NCBI GenBank assembly: GCA_963776245.1
Contig: CAVZLN010000006.1
Coordinates: 576,001-640,000, forward strand
Source of the DNA: Candidatus Eiseniibacteriota bacterium
Lineage (GTDB): Bacteria; Eisenbacteria; RBG-16-71-46
Length of the DNA stretch: 64,000 nt
Reading direction: 5' to 3'
Shown: in pieces, positions 1-9,663 of the stretch
How the letters are laid out: the number at the start of each line of letters is the position of its first letter
Position numbering within the stretch: position 1 is the stretch's first letter
Program-made: the position numbers and the translations under genes
The notes under the pieces: model-generated
Told to the model about the DNA's origin: nothing
What the model saw: only the letters and a program-made list of their open reading frames with translations
The model's database searches: none

Positions 1-1081
1 GCACGATGCCGATCGTGAACCGCTCGACCGGCCCGGGCAGCCGGCTGACCTCCATATCGATGGTGTAGAGGTCCTTCGCCGCCTTGTGCTCGGTGCCCCA
101 CTGCCCGGTCTCGCCGTTGATGATCAGCTTCCAGCCGCTGGGCGAGGGAAGGGTCCACAGGGTGTAGAAGCCCGCCGGCACCACGGTGCCCTTCATCTCG
201 AGCGCGCGATCGGTCCTGAACTGGGTGGCCGCGTTCGCGCCGGTGCGCCACACCTCACCCCACGGCACGACGTCGCCGAAGATGGTGCGACCGCGCCGCG
301 CCGGCCGCCCGTAGTCGATCCACAGCGAGGCCCCGCCGGCGTCCGCCACCCGGACCGTGTCGCGCGGCGAGAGCGCGCCCATCGCACCGGACTCGTGCTC
401 GCGCGCCACGAACCCGGCCGCCAGCGCGTCGAGGTCGAGGTTCGGCACGCGCTCGGCACCGAACTTTCCGGTGCCCGAGATCGGCCGCACTCCCAGGAGG
501 TGCCCCTCACGATCCACTCGCGCGTGGAAGACGTCCGCGTGGTCGGTCTGGATCACCACCGAGTCCCGACCCAGCCGGCTCACCCGGAGCCAGCCGGTGG
601 CCGGCGCGCCGAGGAAGTACATCGGGGCGCGCAGGGTGTCGGCCTTCAGCTTCGCGAGCCGCATGGTCTGGCGCTCGTACATCACCCACGGGCTCGAGCT
701 GGCCACGATCACGATGCCCGGCTGCAGGCCGATCCGCACGTCGCGGGTGGCTCCACCGCCCACCACCTGCATGCGCATCGAGTCGGCGTCGAAGCGGGCC
801 TCGATGGTCTGCGTGGGCGTCGTCGACCCGGGAGGGGTGACGACCATCGACAGGTGCGAGAGCGCATCGCGCTCGAACTCGTACACGAAGTGACGCCGCA
901 GAGTCCGCGGCGCGCGACCGACCTGGTCCACCTCCACGCGAGCGACGGTGCGCGTGAAGCGTTCGGCGCTCGTGGTGTCCACGCCGAGCCGGACGACGAA
1001 GCCGCCCGACTCCTGCGCGGCGAGCGGACCGGCGAGGGCGAGCATGAGCGGGAGGGCGAGAAGGGTGCGGACGTGCGTCAT
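1..1081 (-). CDS. DUF2911 domain secreted protein with long N-terminal extension (3' end runs off the window)
   Basis: Translated by hand from ATG 1081 (AGGAG RBS): signal peptide MTHVRTLLALPLMLALAGPLAA, then LSPRDTV...IDYGRPARRGRTIFGDVVPWGEVWRTGANAAT...VPAGFYTLWTLP...QWG, typical of DUF2911. Absent from the ORF track because no stop lies in the window. Confidence 0.85.
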   Translation of the reverse strand, partial: MTHVRTLLALPLMLALAGPLAAQESGGFVVRLGVDTTSAERFTRTVARVEVDQVGRAPRTLRRHFVYEFERDALSHLSMVVTPPGSTTPTQTIEARFDADSMRMQVVGGGATRDVRIGLQPGIVIVASSSPWVMYERQTMRLAKLKADTLRAPMYFLGAPATGWLRVSRLGRDSVVIQTDHADVFHARVDREGHLLGVRPISGTGKFGAERVPNLDLDALAAGFVAREHESGAMGALSPRDTVRVADAGGASLWIDYGRPARRGRTIFGDVVPWGEVWRTGANAATQFRTDRALEMKGTVVPAGFYTLWTLPSPSGWKLIINGETGQWGTEHKAAKDLYTIDMEVSRLPGPVERFTIGIV

Positions 1082-1277
1082 ACGGGGCTCCTGTGGGAGG
1101 GAACGTGGGGCTCGGCCGGGACGGGTCGCGCGGTCACGCCGAAGACTGCGGCAAGTCCCGGCCGCACCGGTGGTCCGATGCACCAGCGCGGTCAGGGAGG
1201 CGACCGCCGCGGTTCCGGCGCGAGGCGACCGAATCCGGGCTTCCCGCGCGGGTGCGCGCTGCGGCATGCTGCCCGGC

Positions 1278-2345
1278 ATGCTGCTCTCCGAGACCCTCCC
1301 GCCCGGCGGCGCGCCGCGGCCCGGCGATCCACGCGCCGGATCCTCCCGGCGGCGCGCGGGACTGTGGGCCGCGCTCGCCCTCGTCTTCCTGTGGGTCGCG
1401 GCGGCCGTGGTGTACCCGCCCATCACCAAGTACGACCTCTACGATCCCGGGCTCGGCGGCCGCCTGGGAGACGTCGGGCAGTACGTCCGCATGTATCAGG
1501 GGGTGTCCCTGCGGGAGGTGCCGAAGCCGTTCCGCTACCGCGTGTTCACGCCCTGGGCCGCGCGTCTCGTTCCGCCGGTGCCCCAGCCGCTGCTGCGCTA
1601 CTTCGATGTCAGCCCCGAGAAGCTCGTGAAGTACCGATTCGGAATCGTGAACCTGCTCGGGCTGGCGCTCACCGGCCTGCTGCTGGTGGCGTTCTGCGAG
1701 GGGCTCGGGTTCGCCCTCCGGGACGGGCTGGTCGCCGCGCTGTTGTTCTTCACCTCGTTCCCGGTGATCAACTTCGGCGGGACACCGATGGTGGACGCGT
1801 GGGCGTACGCGTTCCTGATGATGGGGCTGGTGGCCGCGCTGAACGAGCGCCGCGCCTGGCTGTGCGTGGCCTGCCTGGTCGGCGTGATGGCGAAGGAGAC
1901 CACGCTGCTGCTCGTGCCGGCGGCGCTGCTGCTGCCCGGCGCGCCGCGCCTCAAGGCCGGCCGGCTGCTCGCGCTGCTGCCCGGCGCGATCGCCTACGCC
2001 GTGTTCCGCTTCGCGCTCTTCCCGACGCGCACCGGGTGGTCCTACGATCCGGCCACGCTGGCGACCAACCTCGCCGACTCCGTGACCCCCGGTCCCTATC
2101 ACTGGTGGAACCTGTTCGACGGCGGCACCGCGTTCGGCCTGCTCTGGCCGCTGGCGCTCCTCGGGGCGTGGGAGCTGCGCCGCCGGCCGCACGAGCCGCT
2201 CGCGCGGCTGGCGTGGCTCGTGCCCGGGCTCCTCGCGCTCCCGTTCCTGATCGGCTCGAACATCGGGCGCATCTGGTTCTACGCGTTCCCGGTCGTGCTC
2301 CCGCTCGCGGTGTCCGGGCTGCGCCGCATGCGCGTCCTGGGCTGA
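1278..2345 (+). CDS. Polytopic membrane protein, GT-C glycosyltransferase-like
   Basis: C-terminal part of ORF 948..2345. About 9-10 hydrophobic segments, a loop with D..QY and PFRYR after TM1, and a GVMAKET motif reminiscent of ArnT/PMT-type GT-C enzymes. Start 1266 or 1278. Confidence 0.6.
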   Translation: MLLSETLPPGGAPRPGDPRAGSSRRRAGLWAALALVFLWVAAAVVYPPITKYDLYDPGLGGRLGDVGQYVRMYQGVSLREVPKPFRYRVFTPWAARLVPPVPQPLLRYFDVSPEKLVKYRFGIVNLLGLALTGLLLVAFCEGLGFALRDGLVAALLFFTSFPVINFGGTPMVDAWAYAFLMMGLVAALNERRAWLCVACLVGVMAKETTLLLVPAALLLPGAPRLKAGRLLALLPGAIAYAVFRFALFPTRTGWSYDPATLATNLADSVTPGPYHWWNLFDGGTAFGLLWPLALLGAWELRRRPHEPLARLAWLVPGLLALPFLIGSNIGRIWFYAFPVVLPLAVSGLRRMRVLG

Positions 2346-2582
2346 CGCGCGACGCCATCCGCGGCGGCGCCGAAGCGGGATCCGACCTTGTGCGCGGCCG
2401 GGATCCCGCGCGATCATGCGACGCCCGAGCGCCGCCGATCAGCCATTGATTTGGCGGACCTCAACTCCGAGAATGGGCGACCGTCAGGGACGTGCGCGTC
2501 GCCGGCGGAAGGCCCGGAGGTTCGGTGGCGACGGCCCGGTCGGGCCGGCGCATGAACGACGCAGGTGAGCGAGGGACCGAGG

Positions 2583-3629
2583 ATGACGGTGGCGGTCAGG
2601 GCGGCGACGGATCTGGGGCTCAGGCGCACCCAGAACGAGGACAACCACGGCAGCTGGGTCCCGTCCGAGCCCGCCGAGCGGGCGCGGCGCGGCGTCCTGA
2701 TCGTGGTCGCGGACGGCATGGGCGGCTCGAACGCGGGCGAGGTCGCCAGCCAGCTCGCGGTCCAGACCGTGATCCGCTCCTACCGCGAGGCGCCCGGCGA
2801 CAGCCCGCTCGACGACCTGTATCGCGCGGTCGAGGCGGCGAATGAGGTGGTGCACCGCGAGAGCGTCGCGCATCCCGAGCACTCGGGGATGGGCACCACG
2901 TGCACCGCGGTCGTCCTGCGCGACCGCGACGCGTACTTCGCGCACGTCGGGGACAGCCGCGCCTACTTCGTGCACGACGGCCGCATCCGCCAGCTCACGC
3001 ACGATCACTCGTTCGTGGCCCAGCTGGTCCGCGACGGACTGCTGACCCCGGATCAGGCGCGGGTGGACCCGCGGCGCAACGTGCTGACCCGGAGCGTGGG
3101 CGTGGTGTCCGCGGTCGAGATCGACGCCGAGCACCAGCCCGGGCTGCTCGTCGAGGGCGCCACGCTCCTGCTCTGCACCGATGGGCTCCACGGGCTGCTG
3201 GACGACGCGGAACTGCAGGCCGCGGCCTCCTCCGCCGATCTCGAGCAGGGCTGCCGCGAGGCGGTCGCGCTGGCGAACCAGCGAGGCGGTCCCGATAACA
3301 TCACGCTGGTCCTGGCGCGCGTGTCCTCGCGACCGGAAGTCGAGGAGCCCCCGACCGGCGGCGAGCCCGCTGCGTGGGAGGCGAACGGCCGCGGCGTGGT
3401 CGCGGGGCCCGGGCCCGCCGACGAGCCGCCGCCGCCGCGGCGCGCCACCCGCGCCGGGCGCAAGCCGAACCGCACCCATATGATAATGTGGCTGGTCGTC
3501 GCGCTCGCCGTCTGGCTGATCGCGGTCGCGGCGATGGCGCTGGTACTCCACCGCGTGGGCAGGCAATCGAAGGACCTCGGCTCGCGCGAGCCACCCCAGA
3601 CCGGACGGGCGAACCTGGCATGGCGATGA
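2583..3629 (+). CDS. PP2C-family Ser/Thr phosphatase (Stp1/PrpC-like) with C-terminal TM helix
   Basis: Motifs TDLGLRRTQNED, VADGMGG, GMGTT, AHVGDSRAY, DHS, LLLCTDGL, GGPDNIT; hydrophobic IMWLVVALAVWLIAVAAMALVL near the C-terminus. Confidence 0.95.
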   Translation: MTVAVRAATDLGLRRTQNEDNHGSWVPSEPAERARRGVLIVVADGMGGSNAGEVASQLAVQTVIRSYREAPGDSPLDDLYRAVEAANEVVHRESVAHPEHSGMGTTCTAVVLRDRDAYFAHVGDSRAYFVHDGRIRQLTHDHSFVAQLVRDGLLTPDQARVDPRRNVLTRSVGVVSAVEIDAEHQPGLLVEGATLLLCTDGLHGLLDDAELQAAASSADLEQGCREAVALANQRGGPDNITLVLARVSSRPEVEEPPTGGEPAAWEANGRGVVAGPGPADEPPPPRRATRAGRKPNRTHMIMWLVVALAVWLIAVAAMALVLHRVGRQSKDLGSREPPQTGRANLAWR

Positions 3630-5756
3630 ACAAGGAATTCGGCGCTTACGAGATCCTCGAGAAGATCGGGAGCGGCGGCATGGCCTCGGTCTACCTCGGG
3701 GTCCAGAAGTCGCTCGACCGCAAGGTCGTGCTCAAGGTGCTCTACCCGCACCTCGCCGAGGACGAGAACCTGGTCAAGCGCTTCGAGCGCGAGGCGCGCG
3801 CCGCGGCGATGCTGCGCCACGAGAACATCGTGCAGGTCATCGACTGCGGCCGCTACGAGGACGTCTCCTACATCGCCATGGAGTTCGTCGAGGGCCTCGA
3901 CCTCAAGAAGTGGGTCGAGCAGTTCGGCAACCCGCCGATCGAGCTCGCCCTGCTGCTGCTCCGCGATCTCTGCGGCGGCCTCGAGCACGCGCACCAGAAC
4001 CGCATCGTGCACCGCGACATCAAGCCCGCCAACATCATGTTCACGCCCGACGGCATCCTCAAGATCATGGACTTCGGGCTGGCGCGCCGCGGCGAGGACT
4101 CGACCGCGGTCACGCTGGTGGGCAGCGTCCTCGGCACGCCCGCCTACATGTCGCCCGAGCAGGCCACCGGCGAGGTCGTGGACGAGCGCAGCGACATCTT
4201 CTCCGCCGGCGTGGTGGGCTACGAGCTGCTCGGGCGGCCAGCGGCCGTTCCAGGGCGATTCCTACTCGACGGTGCTGCGCGCCGTGCTCACCGTCGAGCC
4301 GCCGCCGCTCGGGAGTTTCAACCCGTTGGTGCCCGACGAGGTGGTCGCGATCATCCACCGCATGCTCCAGAAGGACGTCTCGAAGCGCTATCCGCGCATC
4401 GCGCAGGCGCGCGCCGAGCTCGATGCGGTGCTCGACCAGATGGGCCTCCACCGCAGCCGCGACCTGATGCGGGAGTGCGCCCAGGACCCGGTCGCGATGA
4501 GCGAGCAGCTGAAGAAGAAGCGGCTCGCGCGTCACCGCGACCAGGGGCTCTATTACGAGAACATGGGGCTCGGGAAGATCGACGACGCCCTGCTCGAGTT
4601 CCGGCGCGTGCTCCACCTCGACCCGCAGGACCGGGTCGCGCGGGAACACGTGCAGAAGCTCGAGCGCGATCGCGAGCGGATGCGTGCCGAGAGCGCCTCG
4701 GCGCGCCTGGCGCCAGCGGCGCCCGACCCCGAGACCACCAGCGTGCTCACGCCGGAGGCGCTGGCCGCGATGACGGCCGCGGCGCCGGCGCCGAAGCCGG
4801 CCGCCGCCGCCAAGGTCCCGCCGCCGGCGGCCCCTGCGAAGCCCGCCGCACCCGCTCGGCGGGAGCCGCGCGCGGCCGCGAGTGCGTCATCGGGCGCCCG
4901 CAATCTGCTCGTCGCCGGGGTCGGAGCGCTCGTCGTGGTGGCCGCGATCGTGGTCGGGATGCTCACGCTCGGTGGCCGCAAGCAGGGCGGGGCGGCGGAC
5001 CAGCCGCCACGGGACGAGTCCTCGGCCCCGCCGGCCGCCGAGGCCCCCGCCCCCACGCCCGCACCGGTCTCCACCCCGGTCGTGAGCGTCGGCGCCATCG
5101 CCATCACCTCCGACCCCGCGGGACCCCGGCTGTTCCTCGACGGTCAGCCGCAGACGAGCCACCCCGGCGGCAAGCTCGAAGGGATCGCGGCGGGCCCTCA
5201 CACCGTGCGCGTGGAGAAGAGCGGCTACCTCACCCAGGAGCGCCAGGTCGATGTCGTCGAAGGCCGGACCGCCGCGCTCGACTTCAAGCTGGAGGTGGCG
5301 CCCGATGCGGCGGGCACGCTCGTGATCCGCGCGACGCCGTGGGCTTCCTTCTATGTGGACGACAAGCTCGAGGGCACTCCGAACTCGATGTCGGCGCGGA
5401 TCCCGGTCAGCGCGGGGATGCACGTCATCCGGATCGTGAATCCGAATTTCGACTCGAAGATCTGGAACGACGTCCGGGTCGAGCCCAACGCCACGGTGAC
5501 GCTGGAGCACAACTTCCTCACCAGCACCGTGGGCCGGCTCAAGGTGCCGTCGCCGGGGAACTGGGCGTACATCGTTCTCAACGGCACGAACACCGGCAAG
5601 ACCACGCCGTTCGAATTCGGCGACCTCAAGCCCGGCCGCTACGTCGTCACGCTCCAACGCGACGGCTTCGTCATCGATGGCGGGCCGCAGACCATCGTGG
5701 TGACGGGCGGCGAGACCGCGATCGCCCAGTTCAAGCTCCGGCAACTCTCGCCCTGA
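3626..5756 (+). CDS. Hanks-type Ser/Thr kinase with TPR, TM helix and extracellular PEGA-like domains (one +1 frameshift near 4233)
   Basis: GSGGMASVY, HRDIKPAN, DFG, GTPAYMSPEQ and SDIFS in the first frame. Removing one G at 4232-4234 gives YELLGGQRPFQGDSYSTVL, continuing into ORF 4272..5756 (TPR, Pro/Ala linker, TM, ITSDPAG..LFLDG..G.H.VRVEKSGY repeats). ATGA overlap with the phosphatase stop. Confidence 0.9.
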
Positions 5757-5985
5757 GCCTCACCACCACCGAAGCGCGACGCGGGGACCCGCACGAACAG
5801 TACGGCGCGGGGCGGGCCTCGGCTCGCGTCTGGACTGGTCCCCGACGCGCTCCATCGTGCGCGCGATTCCGACTGGACTTCGGCAATCAAACAACCGATT
5901 CTCCCGGCGCGATGCCAGTCGCAGCCACCATCGTAGGCGATTCTGGATTCCGCCTCGGACCCGGACCTCTGGCAGGAGGTGCTCG

Positions 5986-6670
5986 ATGAAGCAACGTCGC
6001 GCGCGGTGGCGAGTCGTCGCTACCGCGGTCACGCTGTCCGTCCAGTTCACGATCATGCTCACACCGGTCGTGAGTTACGCGCAGACCTCCGGAACCCAGC
6101 GCCCCCCGGTGCAGCGCGGGCAGGAGTACTACGAGCAGTCGCGTTTCGACGAGGCGATCACGCTGCTCCGGGATCTCGTGGATCGGGATCAGCTGAGCGG
6201 AGAGACCCTCCAGAAGGCGCGCGAGCTGCTGGCCCGCTCCTACGTGAAGAAGGGCTACCCGGTCCAGGCCAAGGAGATGTTCAAGGCGATCCTGCGCGTC
6301 ACGCCCGATTGGCGTCCCGACCCGATCAAGGTCCCGCCGGACGAGACCGCGGTCTTCGACCAGGCACTCAAGGAGTTCCAGACGGAGCAGGTGGCACCGC
6401 CGCCGCCACCACCGCCGCCGGTGAAGCAGGAGACCGCCGGCGCCGCCCGAAATGTCCAAGCCGGCGCCGGCCAAGCCGAAGATGGCCCCGGTCATCGTTC
6501 CCACCCTGTCGAGCCCCAAGAAGTCCAACAAGACCTGGCTCTACGTGGCGGGCGGAGCGGTGCTGGTGGGCGTCATCGCGGCCGTGGCCGGAGGTGGTTC
6601 CAGCGGTGGCAGCGGCTCGACGCCGCCCCCGCCCGCGTTGAGTGGATTCCCGCCGCCGCCGTCGCCGTAG
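5986..6670 (+). CDS. Secreted TPR-like protein with C-terminal hydrophobic Gly-rich and Pro-rich tail (frameshift near 6433)
   Basis: AGGAGG RBS, signal peptide, GQEYYEQSRFDEAITLL helical repeat, poly-Pro linker. A frame switch joins ORF 6452..6670 (KKSNKTWLYVAGGAVLVGVIAAVAGGG...FPPPPSP). Confidence 0.7.
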
Positions 6671-6737
6671 CCCACGGCGCGCCTTCGACGACCTGACGAC
6701 CTGTCCGTTCGAGTGAACCACCAGGATGGAGGCTGAC

Positions 6738-7607
6738 ATGATGCGCAAGCTTTCCGTAACACTTGCCGCCGCGGCGCTGGTCCTCGGCCTGCAGTCGATC
6801 GCGTGGGCCGCGGTGCCCGCCGTGATCCCCTACCAGGGCCGTCTCACCGATGCCTCGGGCACCGTCATCAGCGGCAGCCAGAGCATCGTGTTCTCGCTCT
6901 TCACCGTCGCCACCGGCGGCACCGCCGTCTGGACCGAGACCCAGCCGACCGTGGCGGTCGCGGCCGGGTTGTTCAGCGTGGATCTCGGCTCGGTCACCAC
7001 GCTGCCCCCGAGCGTCTTCACCGGTGGCGATCTCTATCTCGAGATCAAGGTCGGGACCGATGCTGCGATGACCCCCCGGCAGCGGCTCGGGACCGTGGCG
7101 TACGCGCAGCGCGCGGGGCTGGCCGCCTCGGTCGGGAGCTCCTTCAAGGCGTGGGCACTGACCACTCAGGCCGTGGGGATCCAGGATCTCACGACCTACG
7201 TGGCGACTTTCCCCGGACCCGGATACGCGATCGTCCAGGGCTACGTGCAGCTGGGTTGGTCCGGGGCCGCGACCGGTGAATACAACCTGAACATCACGCA
7301 GGCCTCTCTGTCGAGCCCCTTCAATACCGGGACGACATTCGAATACCACTCAGGAGATGCCGCAGGCAGCACGCATCGGGGCATGCTCTCCAACATGCGG
7401 GTATTCTCGATCCCGGGCGCGGGCGCGCGGACCTTCTACCTCGTCGGAGAGGCGCAGGCGAGCAGCTACGAGGTGTGGGGCGCGCACCTGATCGTCCAGT
7501 TCGTCCCCGACGCTCTCGGCACGGTCGTCGCACCGCTCGAAGTCCCCGCGTCGGCGCTCAAGCCCGACTCCGGGACCTCCGCTGAAACCAGTGCAGGATC
7601 CAAGTGA
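6738..7607 (+). CDS. Secreted protein with N-terminal IPYQGRLTD domain (seen in fibre-like surface proteins)
   Basis: GGAGG RBS, signal peptide ending AWA, IPYQGRLTDASG...FSLFTVATGGTAVWTE...GLFSVDLG...LYLEIKV...PRQRLGTVAYA, then a beta-rich C-terminal domain. Confidence 0.75.
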   Translation: MMRKLSVTLAAAALVLGLQSIAWAAVPAVIPYQGRLTDASGTVISGSQSIVFSLFTVATGGTAVWTETQPTVAVAAGLFSVDLGSVTTLPPSVFTGGDLYLEIKVGTDAAMTPRQRLGTVAYAQRAGLAASVGSSFKAWALTTQAVGIQDLTTYVATFPGPGYAIVQGYVQLGWSGAATGEYNLNITQASLSSPFNTGTTFEYHSGDAAGSTHRGMLSNMRVFSIPGAGARTFYLVGEAQASSYEVWGAHLIVQFVPDALGTVVAPLEVPASALKPDSGTSAETSAGSK

Positions 7608-7653
7608 CGACTCCCCCCGATTCACCAGCGGATCCCGTGACGCGGAGGAGCAC

Positions 7654-9249
7654 ATGCACACCCATTCGATGACACGCGCGGCGTGGGGAATCGTGGCCGT
7701 GCTGGTTCTCCTGGCTCCCGATGGCGCACGCGCCCAGAGCAGCACCAACTTCAAGCTCTCGCCGGGAGTGCTCGGCGCGGGCAAGAGCACGAGTTCGACC
7801 AATTTCGGTCTCAGTGCCGACGGGGGCGGAGGGCGCGGTCGCGCGCGCTCCTCGAGCGCCAACTTCGACGTGATCGGCGGTTTCGTCGGCGGCGCGTTCT
7901 CGTCGCAGGCGACCGTCGTCGTCAACACGCTCGCGAGCACGTTCCAGTCGATGACATTCCCAGTCTACGCGAGCAACAATACGGTTGGCTCGGTGCTCGC
8001 CGAGTTCGGCTCGTACGACGCGGCGAACTGGCGACTCGGGCACTGGTCGCCCACGGACTCCGCGTACATGGAGCCGGGCGGGGCAGGCGGTCTCAACCTG
8101 ACCGCCTTCGCCCGCGGGCAGGGCTACTGGCTCATCACCAAGGGTGCGGCGGTCGGAGCCGATGTGGGGCTTCCCGCGCCGCCCACGTCGTTCAGCCTCA
8201 CGCTGGCGGGTGGTCCCGGCACCCCCGCACGTCCGGCCTGGAACCAGCTCGGGAATCCATTCTTGTTCCCGGTCCCGGTGAGCGCCCTGCTGGTGACGGA
8301 CGGGGTGACCACCACCACGCTCACGGCGATCGGCAACACGTTCACCGAGCAGGTGGTGAAGATCTGGAACGGCACCGCCTACGCGGATGCCACCACCATC
8401 AACGGTCGCACGGCCTTCTGGGTGAAGAAGAAGGTGGCCGGCACGGTGACGCTGGTGGTCCCGTACGTCGCGAGCGCCACGGGTTCCGCGGTGCCCGCGC
8501 TGGCGAAGCCGCCGGCCGCCGACTGGGCGCTCGCGGTCACATCGCACCAGGGCTCGAGGATCAGCGAGCCCATGCGGGTGGGCGCGGCCGCGCTCGGCAC
8601 CGGCCCGTGGAATCCGCTCAACCTCTCGCGCGCTCCCGCACCGCCGGGTGGCGCGTATCTCAGCCTGCATCTGCCGAAGGCGGACTGGGGCGAGCTGAGC
8701 GGGGACTATGTCAGCGAGTTCCTGCCGCAGGCCGAGCGCATGAGCTGGGAATTCGAGGCCACCGGCGCCGAGTCTCCCGGCGAGTTCGCGCTCGAGTTCA
8801 CCGGGTTCGACGTGCCGGCGAGCACCCACTTCTGGCTCACCGACGTCGCGAACGGCACTACGCGCGAGGTCGCTCCGGGGCAGACCGTGACGCTGGTCGC
8901 CACTCCCGCGCCGCGCCGCTTCCAGTTGGAGGCGACCGGCGGGAACACCCCGGGCCCACAGGCGTCCATCACGACCGATGCGCTCCGCTTCGCCTACCCC
9001 AATCCATTCCGGAACAGCACCGGGCTCGCGTTCGCGCTCGCCCGGGCCGGCGACATCAAGGTCGAGATCTTCGACGTCATGGGTCGGCGCGTGCGCGGGA
9101 TCGAGCGCCCGGGCGCGGAGCCGGGCGAGCACGTGCTGGTGTGGGACGGACGCGACGGTGAGGCCCATGCGGTCGCGGACGGCATCTACTTCGCGCGCTA
9201 TCGGGCAGGTACGGCGTCCGGCGTGCGACGGCTGATCAAGGTCGAATGA
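7654..9249 (+). CDS. Secreted protein with C-terminal FlgD-Ig/T9SS-like domain
   Basis: GGAGGAG RBS, signal peptide ending ARA-Q, GQGYW and WNQLGNPF motifs, C-terminal YPNPF...IFDVMGRRVR...WDGRD...GIYFARY. Confidence 0.85.
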   Translation: MHTHSMTRAAWGIVAVLVLLAPDGARAQSSTNFKLSPGVLGAGKSTSSTNFGLSADGGGGRGRARSSSANFDVIGGFVGGAFSSQATVVVNTLASTFQSMTFPVYASNNTVGSVLAEFGSYDAANWRLGHWSPTDSAYMEPGGAGGLNLTAFARGQGYWLITKGAAVGADVGLPAPPTSFSLTLAGGPGTPARPAWNQLGNPFLFPVPVSALLVTDGVTTTTLTAIGNTFTEQVVKIWNGTAYADATTINGRTAFWVKKKVAGTVTLVVPYVASATGSAVPALAKPPAADWALAVTSHQGSRISEPMRVGAAALGTGPWNPLNLSRAPAPPGGAYLSLHLPKADWGELSGDYVSEFLPQAERMSWEFEATGAESPGEFALEFTGFDVPASTHFWLTDVANGTTREVAPGQTVTLVATPAPRRFQLEATGGNTPGPQASITTDALRFAYPNPFRNSTGLAFALARAGDIKVEIFDVMGRRVRGIERPGAEPGEHVLVWDGRDGEAHAVADGIYFARYRAGTASGVRRLIKVE

Positions 9250-9313
9250 TCCCGTGAGCCTCGCCGGCCCGGGTCACGAGGGACCCGGACCGGTTCAGGC
9301 GATCGGTCACCAC

Positions 9314-9339
9314 CGCGGCCACCCTTCGGGGTGGCCGCG
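9314..9339. terminator. GC-rich hairpin (11-bp stem, cTTCGg loop), probable terminator
   Basis: CGCGGCCACCC-TTCG-GGGTGGCCGCG, 65 bp after the stop at 9249. No U-tract. Confidence 0.5.
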
Positions 9340-9663
9340 CGTGTCGGTGCCCGTTCGGACCTGAGCATGACCGACCGGCCGCCAGCCGCGGGTGTCTGAG
9401 GCACTCGCTTCGATCGGGCTTCTCGTGTGCGCCCGCCCGGCCGACGTGATATCGTCCGCGTCCGCGACAGGCCCCTCTCGTCCGTGGCACTGGCATTGGG
9501 CCCACTTCGGTGGGCGCGCCGCCATCCCGCGTCGATCGGGGCGGCCTCCCCGCCATGGTCGCGGCGCTGACGTTCGAGCGCATGCTGATCCGGCCGCCGA
9601 TCCGTAGTCCCTCCTCGTCCTGGCCGCAACCTGCGACGACCGCAGCCCACATGAAGGTCACCC

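Noticed and set aside
86..2449. 787-aa plus-strand ORF
   Set aside because: Antisense to the DUF2911 gene and out of frame with the membrane protein; low-complexity translation.
9485..9499. sigma54-like TGGCAC-N5-TTGG
   Set aside because: The conserved -12 GC is replaced by GG; too weak to call.
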